From positions 1-58,233 of the IMG/VR virus record IMGVR_UViG_3300021379_002051: a stretch of 58,233 bases of DNA. One strand, written 5' to 3'. A model generated the notes under the pieces. The model saw nothing but the letters and a program-made list of their open reading frames with translations. It made no database searches and was not told where the DNA came from. This DNA is from a virus (taxonomy: Duplodnaviria; Caudoviricetes). Both the position numbers and the translations under genes were made by a program. This document shows, in pieces, positions 57,837-58,233 of this stretch (position 1 is the stretch's first letter; each line of letters opens with the position of its first letter).

Positions 57837-57853
57837 AGCGAAAACCGTGCCAA
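57837..57853 (-). promoter_or_regulatory. sigma-54 site
   Basis: TTGGCACGGTTTTCGCT. Confidence 0.65.
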
Positions 57854-57937
57854 ATAAAAATTATTTTTTCCTATAGTTTAGCCGGCCGAATGTCGATATA
57901 TAAAGTATTGGCAAGGATAACCCACGGAGAATGAAAG

Positions 57938-58099
57938 ATGATGACGCTCTACACGATTTTTGGAATGTTCGTTGGTTTCGAGGGATACGATAATGGCAAG
58001 GTTTATTTTGGGATTTATACCCCCCAATATGAGTATGGGTATGTGGTTACGCCGAACGAGATTTATCTGGACACAATTTTGGAAAAAACTCAAGATTAG
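57938..58099 (+). CDS. small early protein (53 aa)
   Basis: Hand-translated MMTLYTIFGMFVGFEGYDNGKVYFGIYTPQYEYG...; GGAG RBS. Confidence 0.6.
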   Translation: MMTLYTIFGMFVGFEGYDNGKVYFGIYTPQYEYGYVVTPNEIYLDTILEKTQD

Positions 58100-58169
58100 G
58101 GGTTGACTTGGCCGATCTAAGGAGTATAATTCGGGAATGACACGCAACCAACACCACGGAGGCTTGAAA

Positions 58170-58233
58170 ATGGACGATATCAACACCACTCTCTTGATTG
58201 CTTCTCTTGAGGCTGAAGGAATCGTTGAACCTT
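58170..58233 (+). CDS. partial early ORF
   Basis: MDDINTTLLIASLEAEGIVEP...; GGAGG RBS; TTGACT-N16-TATAAT at 58103-58130. Confidence 0.55.
   Translation, partial: MDDINTTLLIASLEAEGIVEP

Larger units (their letters stand above)
52472..57853. repeat. six dispersed composite repeat modules
   Basis: 29-bp palindromes at 52472, 53178, 54453, 55498, 56856 (inverted) and 57720; 53169-53222 and 55489-55542 differ at one base. Confidence 0.9.

Noticed and set aside
1-58233. tRNA/rRNA genes or stop-codon recoding
   Set aside because: None recognised by eye; standard-code ORFs tile the window densely.

Overview
Fragment of a large tailed dsDNA phage, probably a siphovirus (tape measure and putative tube gene, no sheath seen). 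1-49.3 kb is a minus-strand morphogenesis region: sigma-like factor, GDP-mannose dehydratase, nucleases, terminase, portal, protease/scaffold, capsid, fibres, neck, tube, a 3525-aa tape measure and tail-tip/adhesin proteins. 49.4-52.4 kb is a plus-strand accessory block (SdpA-like, HTTM, DCC1-like, GIY-YIG/HNH). 52.4-58.2 kb is an early-type region of tiny ORFs divided by six copies of a composite non-coding module: a 29-bp 11-7-11 palindrome, GGCCGGCC 8 bp away, a C4-N-G4 box, a leftward sigma-54 consensus and usually a rightward sigma-70 promoter. That array and the cargo-like domains inside the tape measure are the best candidates for undescribed systems. All calls come from reading motifs by eye; no database search was run.
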